A stretch of 64,000 nucleotides of DNA from Adineta vaga (Eukaryota > Animalia > Rotifera). Shown here one piece after another: positions 12,018 to 25,083 of the stretch (positions are counted from its first letter, which is position 1; each line of letters opens with the position of its first letter). The notes below the pieces were generated by a model. It saw nothing but the letters and a program-made list of their open reading frames with translations, was not told the origin of the DNA and ran no database searches. The position numbers and the translations under genes are program-made. The stretch is taken from the NCBI GenBank assembly GCA_021613535.1, contig CP075494.1:6386001-6450000 (forward strand), written 5' to 3'.

Positions 12018-14811
12018 CTGTTACTTTTCTTTTGATTAATAATAATAATGTTTATGTATATGTCTAGATTTATCAATCAAGAAAAAACAAAAAAAAAAGA
12101 AGAAGAAGAACTGATTTGGATAATCAGAATGCCTTTTGGATGTTTGTAACTAATAAAGAAAATGAAAACAAAAAGCTTCTCTCTTGAGTAATTAATATGC
12201 AACAAGATCAGTTCGAATTCATCTCTTACCCTTGTCTATTTTATAATTGTCATTATTTCCACCATTACCACCACCAGCAGATCGAACGACATTCATATCG
12301 ATAATCTAAAGTAATATGTAGTTAATGAATATAATGTCGATACTTTTTTCTAATGCTTTGTAAACCTCGAATAGTTTTTCTTTCTTCTTCCTTTTAACTT
12401 TCCTCGTTTTTTTTGTGAAACAAGAAATTCAACAATTGAAATGATCCTAATTATGTTTTCTTTTTTTTCACGATAGTAATGGAAACAGCCTGCCCGAAGC
12501 TATTTACATTCTTTTTTTTCTCTCGCTCTTTCTTTTAGAAACATGTATTGTATTGAATAGTAACAATTACATTTTGTTTTGTCGTGATCGAGTAAAGAAA
12601 GGTTACATCGATAGTTAGTAACATTGATGCATCCATGCATGTCTTGTCTGTTAGTTAAAATGCTAAACGATATGATAATTATTATCATCTTACAACTGAT
12701 GAAAAACGAGAAATAATAGAATGACAAGACTGTCATAGATGTTTTTCTATTAGAGATACATAGATATGTATTGTGTAGAGTAATGAGATGAAATATCTAT
12801 GGAAAAACAAAGATGAAAGCTAGTGTTTTGTAACGAATCGAATAGAATGGAACAAAATACATGATTTCGTTTTTCATTCGTATTTATTAGATTGAGAAGA
12901 TCTTTTTTCAAGATTTTGAAATAGGAATTTATCAGGAAAAATGTTCCTCTTTATAGAATTTCATATATCGGATTGTAAGAAAGCTCTAGACTTCCGATAA
13001 TTATTTCTATTCATTCTAATTTTACAAATAATTCCTCGACTTTCCTCTATAAATATATCTTCATGTTCTATCTGATTGATTGTATTTTTTTCTATCAAAA
13101 TTTTCAATCGAACTATTACAGACAATCTCATATACATACCGTGTATCTGATGTCAGGAAGCAGAAGATAAAAGTATGCATTCAAGATACGATAATTGAAA
13201 TGCCAGTGTCGAATATTTCTGGATCCTTTTCCAGATCAATGAAACAACAGATATTCATAGCCCGGAAAGAGAAACGTCCGTCCTGAATCCAATATCTTAT
13301 TACATATGTCGATGTGTTCGGTTTACCATATATATATATACCATCAAGGTTTTTTCAACAGTGTATTTTTCATTTTTGGAACTGAACAGAAAATATAATT
13401 GATTCGATGTATATGAAATTATGTATCATTTGTCAATTTTTATTATAAAGATAAAAGACAGATGATCATGTAGATCTCTTTTTTTTTCATATTGATCCAC
13501 TGAGTTTTACCAAAACTATCAATTCATATCTTACATTTAGAATTTATGAGAAAGAAAAAAAATCATCAATCGAACATTATTGTATCGTTATACCTTGAAA
13601 TGCCATGCCTGATGCATAGCGCAAGAGAAATATGTTCTCTTATTTCACATTGTTATATAATTCTCTAAAGACTATATACCAACTGAGTAATGTAAAGATT
13701 AGCGACGATGAAGAAAAACCTTTACTTTGATCATTAGAAGATGAAATATTTGACATGTATTGATCGTTCACAATTCATTCGACTAATAGAGAAGAAATGA
13801 ATCTTTTCTCTATAATGAGTCGATCACAACAAAGGCTGCGGGTAATAAAACATAATAGAAAATTATCGTATATTCAACTATGTTCGTCAGTGTTTGACCA
13901 AGCACAAACGAGAAACAACATGAAGTATGACTGTGATATCATCCGTCGTTAATTAACTTATGGAAATGCTATCGATTTAGAACACGACGATGACAACAGA
14001 AATGACATGCGCAACAAATCACTTTCTAATAGAAAAACACGTATAGAATCAATCAAGACAAATAAGCAACGAGAACAACATCTGTTTGACATTGAAAGGC
14101 AGAAAAAAAAGCGGAAAAACGAAGAAGAAGTTTATCAACAAAACAGTTATTGACAATATTTATTGTCAAAGAGGGAGAAAAACATCGAAGAAGAAACAAT
14201 TTTCTAAGAAAACATTGCACATCATTTGATCGTTGTCTGATAATTATAAGAATAATTAAGTAATGATAGAATTAGACAAGAACGTAGTGTTCGTTTTTAT
14301 CGAATAAGAACATGAATAATCATTATGGTGAATTTTGACAATATACAGAATTCTATCTGTATATTACAAATGTACAGATTAGCAGAAATAAAGAAGATGA
14401 ATAATGTTGAGCAAGACTGATATGACACATATAGATAGACATCTGGTACCCATAAATTGATACATATATGTATGTATATCCGTATGTAATCTTATATTCA
14501 CGTTAATATTCTTTTGAAAGTTATCGATGTTGTTTGATATCTGTTATTATATGGTAATGATCTTTATCAAGCATTCTTCTTCAAGTAAATCAATTGAGAA
14601 TTGAATATCAGAAATATAAGAAAGTTTGGTTTTTCTTCATACTGTTTTCTATAATATATCTGTCTCGTTTGTGTTTTTTTATTATTATCTTTTTCTTTCG
14701 TTCATGAAAGCTCATTATCATGCATACGCGTGACAAAAACGGAAGAACGAAAAAAAAAGAACAAAGAAATCAAAGACAAGACTGTACAAAATACAAAGTA
14801 CGGTCACTCAT

Positions 14812-16241
14812 TCACATATCATCTCGACTAGCACTGGCGTCAAACAGGCGTACACTAACCTGTCTACCACCAGTCGGACCTGATCTCGACGATGCTGGAA
14901 TTGCTGCTGATGATACAGCTGAACCAGCCGTCGAACCACCTCCGACACCCCCACTACCTACACGTTTATAAAACTGCCATAACTGTTGAATTAATTCAGT
15001 AACTACTAAATCACTTGAATTATACGAAAGAAGTCTTAGAATAAGAACACCATCATGTTGTAAATAACGATGAATAAATTCTTTTGCTGGCATTCGTCGA
15101 AGATGGGTGTCACTTTGCATTAATTCAAGACGTTTCTTGATATAGGCATAGCGTACACGACCAAATGAACGAACAAACCATGCTAATAAATCATACGTAT
15201 TACATACAGTTAAGAAAGCAAGCCAAAACCATATGAATAGAAAAGCTTTTTCATTAAATAGATTGATTGGTAGAACACACTACAAATACAAATATAAATG
15301 TCAAAGAAAAGAATAGACATATCAAAAATTCTTACCTGTACGGTATGAACATGGACATTTTGGATATTTCGAACAGCAAATTCACACATCGTCACACGTG
15401 GAAAATAGATTGATTCAGCAAGTTCTTCTCCATTTAGAATTTTTCGAATTAAATCAACACCATACGATGCAAAATTGTGACCCAAAAAGATATTTAACAA
15501 AAATAATTGTCCAACAGAATTGACAATGAAGAGAAGTTTGGTGACAAAAAAAAGTATCAACAAATAGGATCCCATCCGACGGCCGGGTACACAAAGCATA
15601 AAGGCAAGAAAACGACGAATAAAATCAAATCGTTTTGGCTTTCGTTTACGCATGTAAACATATTGATCAATTGAACGAGTTAAGTAAGTCATTATCTTAT
15701 TTCGATCTTCAAATCGATCAGCTGTTTGATAATTTAATGCTGCATCGACTAAATTAACTATATTAATACCTGATTTAGCTGATAAAGAACGCCACAACAT
15801 TCGTGGCATATAGAATAGAACAGCTTGAAAAAGTAAAATGAATGGAGTCCACTGGTAATACTATAGTGGCAAAAAGAAAAGGAAGCAGTATTTCCTCATT
15901 AGACAAATGAACAATGACTTATGTATTAGAATGCTTACCTTAACAACACGAGTTTTCTTCTTATTTTCGTCTAAAGGTAATGTTTCAGCTGTTGCAACAT
16001 AGTATGTATTCGAAACCCAACAAATATTATTGGAATAGACTTCATATGAACGTGTAAAATGTCCGGGTACCCAACACGCAATATGATCGGATGAGAATTG
16101 TTTATTGGAAACGATAATCGAAAAAATGACGAGGATAATAACTGTATATTTATAGTTTAAACGATCGACTGTACATGTATCACTTCGATGTGATCCAAGA
16201 ACAGAAAAAGGCAAACGTGATACAGTAGCAAATAAGTCCAT
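14812..16241 (-). CDS. Innexin (gap junction protein), 3 coding exons
   Basis: VDRLNYKYT, IACWVP..F, CWVSNTY, the YYQW signature, FYMPRMLW, FPRVTMCEF, CVLPINLFNEK, YLQHDGVLILRL. Confidence 0.95.
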
Positions 16242-19200
16242 GATCGTTTTCTTTGCTTATTAACCTAATTAAATAATGACAACGATTGGATGCCATCTGT
16301 AGTCGACATGAACATAACATTAGTATCAAGAAGAAAACCACCAAGATAAGCAATTTGAATAGAATTTCAAAATAATGAAAATTTAATGATCGTTGGTCAT
16401 ATTGATTAGCTTTCTATAGACAAATATCTAAATAGAAAGAAAACAACGAACTGATAAACAAATAACATCCGAATACCAATTGAAGCAAATGATTATCTTG
16501 GACAATCTATTACTTTAGCAAGAAAAAGAAAAGATAGTTACGGGGTATGACTTGTCTTCTTTCTTCGCTCTTCTATCGTTTTTCTTCCTCTCTATCTCCT
16601 TATTCCTCTTCTTCTTCTTTTTTCATCTAACTCTCTTCTCTTCATTATCTCTCGTTTGTATACAACAAAAAGCTCTTCTCTTGTCATATTCAAATCCCTA
16701 TTTGATGTTCTCTCAACCGACGGTAAAGAAAAATTTTATGATAATAATGACACGGTGGTTACATTGCAGTGATTTCCGGTTCTTGAAGCGGATGATCGAA
16801 CATAGCACGTAGTCGTTCTCCCTTGTCTCAACGAGATTGACGGTTGTATTTGCAAGCACAGAGTGGAAACTGATGATCAAATAATTGGTTCCAGCTGTAT
16901 ATGAAACAAAAAAAAACGAGAAAGAAAGCATTCGTTTTTGTCTCATCAAGCACATAATATTTGATCGATATTACTAAATAGGAAAAAAAAACGGGGAACA
17001 TGAGATCTTGCAGATAGTATTTTTCTTCTCTTTGTCTATATGATGATGTAGACAACATGTTATTTGATGAGATACACAATAAGAGAGTTCTCCAAATAAT
17101 GATACTTAATAGGTTCCGCTTCTCTGTTTTTTCTCTCGCTTGTTTTCTATGCCTTATTCGTTTACTTGACAAGAAAGAAAAAAAAAATCATTTGTCATCA
17201 TCATAATTGTTTCGAACATCAATCGATACAAAAGCCTGATGGTTTGCTTCTCTTATGTATTACCTGCGAGACAAAATCAACGAATTTCTTATCATTATTT
17301 GCTCTCCTGCTTTCACATTAGAAATCCCTTTGGACGAGTGCTTAGTTCCGGTCTCTCGACTTGATTATCAAAATATTATCCTGTGGATGAATGTATGAGT
17401 GTATGTGTAGCTGTACGTCATCGTTACTGTTATCGATAAAAACGGAAAGCGGATTTTTCCCCGCGAGCAAAAGAATTAAAATGATTTTGAATCGCCAGAC
17501 TACGCAGACAACGCAAGTTTCTGTATGATGGTACGCATCGATTGTGGTTTTTCTTCTTTATATCTACGACAATAATGTTGACGAACGGAAAAGAACGATT
17601 AACGGCTATTGAGAAAAGATACAGTAGACGAGGAAGATGATGATGATGACAATGGCAATAACGACGGAAACAACGACAGAGAATAAGATCAAGGTCTTTG
17701 AAGAATAGTTGTTGATTAGGCATGTGACTTTAGTAATTAAACAATGAAAATAATAAATCATATTTACCTTTTGATTTTACATCATTATCAGTGAGAATTA
17801 TCTGCCGATTTCATCATGAGTCCTGTTTTGTAAGATGATGTCGATACTTTTCTAAAAATTACGGTTGTATAGTTATCTGACGATGATCTAAAATGACAAT
17901 AATGATGAACTTAAGTCATGAATTAGATTAAAAGAAACAGAAATGAATGAAACTCGATCTTAGTTGAACAGCCTGTTTTATCGTATTAAGACAAACAAAT
18001 CAATGAATCTCTGACAAATAATAGTTCAAATGCAACATGATTGTTTTCATATGTGATAAATAACGGATGGAACAAGTCAATGCTGTTTGGTTAATAAGAT
18101 CATTTAGAGACTAAAAAATCTTTCTCAACTCAATGAATTTTCTTTGATGATGTAACAATCTCTCTCTCTCTCCCTTCCTCAATCGCAACTGCGCTTTCTT
18201 CTATAATAATAAAGTACAGGATTAATGAACAATGATAATGGAAAAGTAGTGAGTTAGATTTCAATACTATATTGTTCAAACCAGTAATTTAAATATCAGA
18301 GATATTTTCCGCCTAACATCGAACAATGTTACAACAATCATGAAAAAAGGAACGGCAAGACATGAGATTGACGTGAATCTCATTGACTGTTTTGATGTTC
18401 ATGAATAACAACTAAAAATCGAACATTTTCTCTTTTTCACTCGCTCAAGTGGTTTGTCTATGAATTGCTGATGCACGCACGGAGAAAATAGATTGATATA
18501 TATTTTTTTAAAGGCTGTTATGATTACTACATACATAGACACACTCTATCATCTTCCTGTAGTTGAATGCACATGAACGAGAGTAGGGATTGTTGTTCTA
18601 GTAGACGAAAAAGAAAAGTAATCTCTCTCATTCTTTCTTTTCATAAAGATTCCTCTTTTTTTTCTTCTTCGTCTTCTTTCTCAATCTCTGAGAAAAGTAA
18701 AACAGGAAGAGAGCGTTCCGTTGTCATTTCTCTACATGTCATTTGAATTAGATACTTGCAGTTTGCGTGATGTCATTGTGATTGTATATGTGAGAAAAAC
18801 CTTTGCTATGCATAGCATCATCGAAGCAAGTGCTCGATCATCGCACCAACAAGAACGAGAGAGGAAGACACGCGCATTGGTGCTCAAATAGATCCGCCTC
18901 TTACTGAGAAACGAGAGAGAGAGAGAAGAGCGAAACATCGAACGAGAACAGATAACAACTATGGGAGAGCGTTTCATGTTGATTGTATTATTCGCACCAT
19001 CAACATAATCGAATTGTGGTGACTCTTCAAGAATAGTAGCAAGAATTTCACATTATTAAATGACGACAAGCATCTACAATACATTATATATAACGAAATC
19101 CATCGAGATTTGTTATAGTCATGCATGTGTATGTTTTTTTATAGATAGAGAGGGGAAGAGAAAAACCGCAACAAACAATCATCATCACCGAATCACTAAA

Positions 19201-22200
19201 GGAAAAAGAGAACGAAGAAAACCCAGTGAACAGGGTAGAACGAGAAGAGAAAAAAATCTGATTTATCTGATTATTCACACACACATATATATATATATAT
19301 ATATACAGACAAGCACTGAGATCGGAGTTCTATCTCGAGAGCATGATCAAACCTAGCAACAAAAGGGTGACAAGAGAAAAAAACGATATGATCAAATACA
19401 GTGAAGCATGAGAAGTTCAAGAGCATCGAATATACACAATAAGAGATTGTTTATTTTTTACAGAAAAGTAAAAACTGACATTCTCTAATGATGACAGTAA
19501 GAGTACCTTTTACTGAAACGACCAATTTAACAAAAGAAAAAGATAAAAATGACTCGTTCTCTACGAATGATGATTGACATTTTGTAATAAACTCAAGCAA
19601 AGAGGATGATAAAAGAAGTAAAAAAGTGCAATGATACTCAACAGTTCCAGATGAACCACACTATGATTATTAAGACAAACGGACGATAAATGTCGAGTTA
19701 TTTTGACTCAGCATGCTTAGAGGATATCATCTCTCGTTTATGCTTATCAATGCCAGATGTCGCTATATTTGAAAACTCTCATCAACAAGACGAGTTATCT
19801 ATCAAATGAAGCACAACTTTTGATTGTAATGCTAGAAAATCTAGAGCAAGACAGAGGGAGAGAGAGAGAGAGAAAATTTGTCTGTGTATGCATGTCATTT
19901 TGCGTGACTGAGATAAACAAATATTGTTACTATTATATTAACTAATTTAGTTCGAGTATGGCAACTTAATCACTATATTGAATCATTCTCTTCGATTATA
20001 ACGCGAACACTAAATAATCCATCATAGGTACATCTAATTCTTTGACTAAATTCATTCGTGTCATGTTTGTATAGAATATTCATTACATTGAATAGATTAG
20101 AAAAGTGCATATTCATCGTAAAAAAGAGAAGATTATTTCACGAACCTTAGTTACAATATCGAGGGAAATAGTTGTTCATCATCGATTAAAATTGATAGAG
20201 AAAGTAGAAAAAAAAATCTGAATTGAAGAAAATCAAATATTTGTTGGGAACAAATACGGACGCAGATGGAGAGAAAGAGAAGGGAATCTCTTTTTTTTCT
20301 ACTGATTTATCATGCGCATTTACTAGAATATATAGGGTATTGATGCCGGTAAGCAAATTGCCATCAAGCGAACATCATTGACCAGCGTCTTGTGCAAACA
20401 TATGTTAGAGTCAAAAAATGACAGTTAAAGCATGCGGTAGGGTGGAATTGACATATGAATTTGCTGTCTTTATCGCCTCACTACCAATATGACAGATAAT
20501 GATTGTTTATACATACATAGATCTTTATAGTATGGAAGTAAAATTGGATTTTTCTTTTCTTTCTTTCAATTTGATTTGATTTTAAGTGATATTCAATCGA
20601 TTGGTAAAGAAAAAGAAAGAATTTCTCTTTTGAATAATTTTCCTCTTTTTCTTCTACTTCTTCGTCATCTTATTGCTGGTGATTAGATCTCAATGACAGG
20701 AAATGACGAGTTCCGTCTTTGCTTGTGCGTCTCTACTTTCTTGTTAGACACTCACAATCATGGATGCATGCTAGGCAAAAGTCGATTATGAATCACAAAT
20801 AAGCTCAAGTGATCATCACGACAAGAGAAAGAGAGAGAGAGTAGAAAAGAGGGAAAGAAATGAGTATGCAAGTTAGTGAAGAACCGACCTGACTGAGTAA
20901 ATGACAAATATAGAAGATTTGTCTCTTAAGTAGAAAATACGCACCGTAATAATTGTGAATATAATAAGTGTATAGATTTCTGATTGCAATTACAATGAAA
21001 TAAGATTGTAGGGAAAAGGAAAAAAACGCAAAAAGAAAGAAACAGATAAGAAAGAGAAGGAGGAGATCGTCGGTAGAAAGATCATGATGATCAGAAATCA
21101 TTTTTCTCATCTCTTCTTGCCAAAGTTCATCGTTGTATTAACCACGTTCATTCAGTTCTACATGAAGCTCATAGAAAGAGAAATAATGGTAGATAGGGAG
21201 ATGACAAGGTGTTTTCTTTCGATCCTTACATACGTACATTCTAACGTTGCTGTCCGTTCGAGGATATGCATATCAAACACAACAAACAGTAATTCAGTCT
21301 ATATATGTATATATAAACAGAAAAGAAAACTATAGTATGACGTGTGAATGGCAGCATCACTATTACTCTTTACTCTCGCTTTCTTTCATCATGTAAAACA
21401 ATCCAGCTTCGACTAATATGAACAAGAGATAACTAAAACAACTGGAATTACTATTACGTCGTCTGATTATCGTGATTTTGTCATCATCTATACATACATT
21501 GAATCATTTACAATGTGTGCACACTACTCACTTGATATGCATACAAAAAAAGCAAGAGAAAGTGTTAGAGTGAAACAAAGTAGAAGAGTTATTGTCCCTC
21601 TCTCTCTCCCTCTCATTTTTATCGTTGTCCCGGTATCTACTTAAAGCAAGCAGCGATCCTTCTTTTTTCCTGCTTCTTCTCTTCAAAATGCATTCTCATC
21701 ACTGTTGCTTTGGGCTAGTATTTTGTGTCTAACGTGTTAGTATATAGCACAACTAATCGAAAGGCATTAATAAAAGACGAGAGAAAGAAGAAGAAGAAGA
21801 AGAAGTGTCGTCATTGTAGAAATATAGAAGAACAAAATCGAAATGAATCGATTAAGCAATCTAAGAAAAAGAAAAGGAGAATCTTCTTGCTTGACGTTCT
21901 CGTATGTAAATAGAAATCAGTAGCAATGATTGATTCTCAAAAAAAAAAAAAAGAAAAAACGGAAAGAAAAAGGCAAGCAACACATCATAAAGAGAGAAAA
22001 GAACGAAGGCTCAATATAAATTCTGTATATAGTCTGCATATTTGATTGAACTGAATTGCTTTTCAAATCGTTTCTTATTCTTTCGGATAGTTTATTGAAA
22101 TGATCAATACACATAAAAGTAATTGATGATAATACAGTATTAAAACACGCTACAACTGGGAATTCAATTTGAAAATAGACGAAATAAGAAAAACACAATG

Positions 22201-22328
22201 TTATTCAAGTTCATTATCATCATTATTATCATTATTATTGCGTGTTTGTGGATAGATAAATTCTCCCATACATAAATTAAATGTTTCACCATTAAGAAAT
22301 CTAAAAAACATGAAATATTGTTAGTTCT

Positions 22329-24735
22329 CTAGACAATTAATTGAATCTCATACGCCTCATCTTGATTGACAATTGGCATGTTAGTAGATTGTCGTGTAAG
22401 ACGAGATTTAATTCGATCTTCTTTCAATCTTGGCATGATACTACAACTGGGTGACCATGAAACATAATTAATACTCTTATAATAGTCCAGAAATGTTCGA
22501 GCTAAATTTCTTCCTAATTGTTGATCTGGAAGAAAAAAGGAAAAGAAAAAAAAAGATTAAATCTCATTTTGTATTGTCACATATCTTCTTTGTTGAGAAA
22601 GAGAAGAAGAAGAAGTATCGAACGTAAATTCAATTAACTATTGAAAACTTTCTTTTTCCTCTTTTGAAAAAAGCAATAAAGCATATATAATATAATATCT
22701 TTTTCTTCTCAAAGCTTTTATGAGTTCTTTTCAAGTATCAATAAAGAAAATATTTTTCTTACATAATTCTTCCGTATAAGGTATTGCTTGTGAATTGCTC
22801 GATGTTTGGTAGGAAAAAAAAGAAACTTCTAATGTATAACAATGTGTACTTTCTTGTAAACAACCACCAAGTGTTCTAAATAAAGATTTGCAATAGAACA
22901 AAACATAGTTGTTTAGAATACGCATATTTACCGTCGACCTGTTCCAGCTTTGAATGCATCACGATTAAATGTCGTATTATTGATGGAAAAATCTTCCGCA
23001 TTCCGAGAAAATAATCGAGGAAAGATCCCATGTTTTTCAAAACGATTCGTATCTTCATAAACATTTCCATACATAAAACCATTCATCATTGTTGAATGTG
23101 CATGTATATCAATGAAGAAATCTAATTCGAAATCCTAGACAAATAAGAAACAAAATCGGTTAAGTTTTTCAATCATGAAAAATCGCTTACGGCATCTTCG
23201 TTTAAATTCATTATGTGAGTTTTAATACCATAGATTTCAGGATGTGCCCAATGGGATGGTTCATTCCAAACTCGATTAAGATCAAAACCAAGTAGTGAAC
23301 ATCTATGAGAAAGCAATCAATTAACAGATAAAATATCATGTTGATCTACATTTTAAAAGCTTTAAGATAGATTTTTTTGCAATATTCGGACGTCGAACGG
23401 AACTTCAATCTTTTACATTCATCATCGATAAATATAATTAATCAATTATTAATAAATTTTCTACTCATAAAACTCAGAATAAATCTTAAGTGCATGAAAA
23501 ATGAATCCGACTATATGTCAATAATTTTCTCCTCGGAAATGAATCAATAACGAACCTTTGATTTCCAAGAAAAACACCATCTGGATTAAGCATAGGTACA
23601 ATATAGAATACAATATTATCTCGTAATAATCTTGCAATAGGATGATCACTGATTATAAAATCAATAAAACCTTGACAAACATAGGATGATGGTGTTTCAC
23701 CTGGATGTACACGAGCTGTAACAATAACAGCTTTCTTTCGTTTTCCTTTTACCAATAACGATGGATTTGCTACTGTAAGAAGATCGAGTCGACGTTTTTG
23801 CTAAGTAAATAATAAAAACAAAACAAAATGAAATAATATTGTACATGAAGAGAATAGTTTACCACGCTATAAACTAATGGTCGCCGTTGAATATAATCTA
23901 ATTGACGTTGTTCAATATTTTCAAGATAGTTTTGAAGTTTTGTGTATGTATATGGAAAAGAATAAGCAAATTGATAAACATCATCTTCACGATCAAAACA
24001 GAACGTAAATGACATCACGTAATTTTTTCGATGATCAGGACAACGATAATAGAATACATTGCGCGTTGGTAAACGTTGCCTATAAGAATAATTGGACTAT
24101 ATGATATTCTTCAAATACAACGAACTTACCATCGTTTACGACTCGTCGATTTCACTAATGGTGTCATACCATCACGATATAAAGATTTCGCTTTGGAGAA
24201 ATTCACAATATGAAAAATGACTCTCTAAAAACATGTAAACAAATTTTTACAGACAAAAAGAAGATGAAGTAATGAAAGAGGGTTTCTCAGTTGTAGATAC
24301 AAACCTGATCAGCTTTTACATTTTCAACAGTAAATAAAAACCAACAACGAAATCTTGGACAACATGTATCCGGTCGAATGAAGAGATCATATTCATTATC
24401 ATTAACATAATCAACTCGACCGAGATTACCTTTAGTTTTAGGAAAAGAACAGAAAACAAATCAATTCATCATTTAACAATACTAGAACATACCACATTCA
24501 AAAGAAGCATCAAAAATCAAATGTCCTTTCTTTGGCTTTCCTTCGTAATTCGGTGGAATAATCGCAATACGTTGTACATTTCCAATTAAATGATCATTAT
24601 TTGCATCAGATTCACTATCTAATAGATAATCGCTAAAACTTTGTTTACTTCCTTATTCTTTCATTTACCAGAATTGTTATTGTCACGTTTTTGTGTTGGT
24701 GATAGATTTGTTTTTCCATTCGTTTCCGTCGACAT
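22329..24735 (-). CDS. AGBL4: Cytosolic carboxypeptidase 6 (tubulin deglutamylase, M14D)
   Basis: FDASFECGNLGRV, EYDLFIRPDTC, WFLF, NFSKAKSLYRDGMTPLVKS, FAYSFPYTYT, ARVHPGETPSS, PMLNPDGVFLGNQR, FDLNR, FIDIHAHS, CYTLEVSF. Confidence 0.92.
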
Positions 24736-24859
24736 CTTATCTTCAAAACAAAACTTTTCGGTCGATTTATTTTTAATCACCTGCCAAAAATGTTTGTTTT
24801 TCTCTATTCCAATTTTATCGATGCATTTGAGAAGCCATTGAATAGTCTTTTTCGACGTT

Positions 24860-24872
24860 GTTGCTAAGCAAC
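24860..24872. promoter_or_regulatory. RFX X-box (GTTGCTAAGCAAC) in the CCP6/NPEPPS divergent promoter
   Basis: Palindromic GTTGC-n3-GCAAC about 125 bp upstream of the ATG of a cilia-associated tubulin deglutamylase. Confidence 0.6.
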
Positions 24873-25083
24873 TTAAACATGTCTTCTTACACTACCATCT
24901 ATCTAATTTTGAATTCATAAGAAAACTTTATTTCCAGATTAGTTTTTTTTACATTTAAATATAAATAAAATCATAAAAAATAAAATTCTTTTATATTGAT
25001 TCTAAATCCATGAAAACACTTCCTCATATATTCTTTGATTATGCAAGCTATCAGTTTGATCACAAGTTCGCTGACATAAGAAG

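Noticed and set aside
16550-22200. ORF-track entries upstream of the innexin
   Set aside because: Low-complexity F/L/S/R/K products of GA/CT tracts, with no motifs and no consistent splice model.
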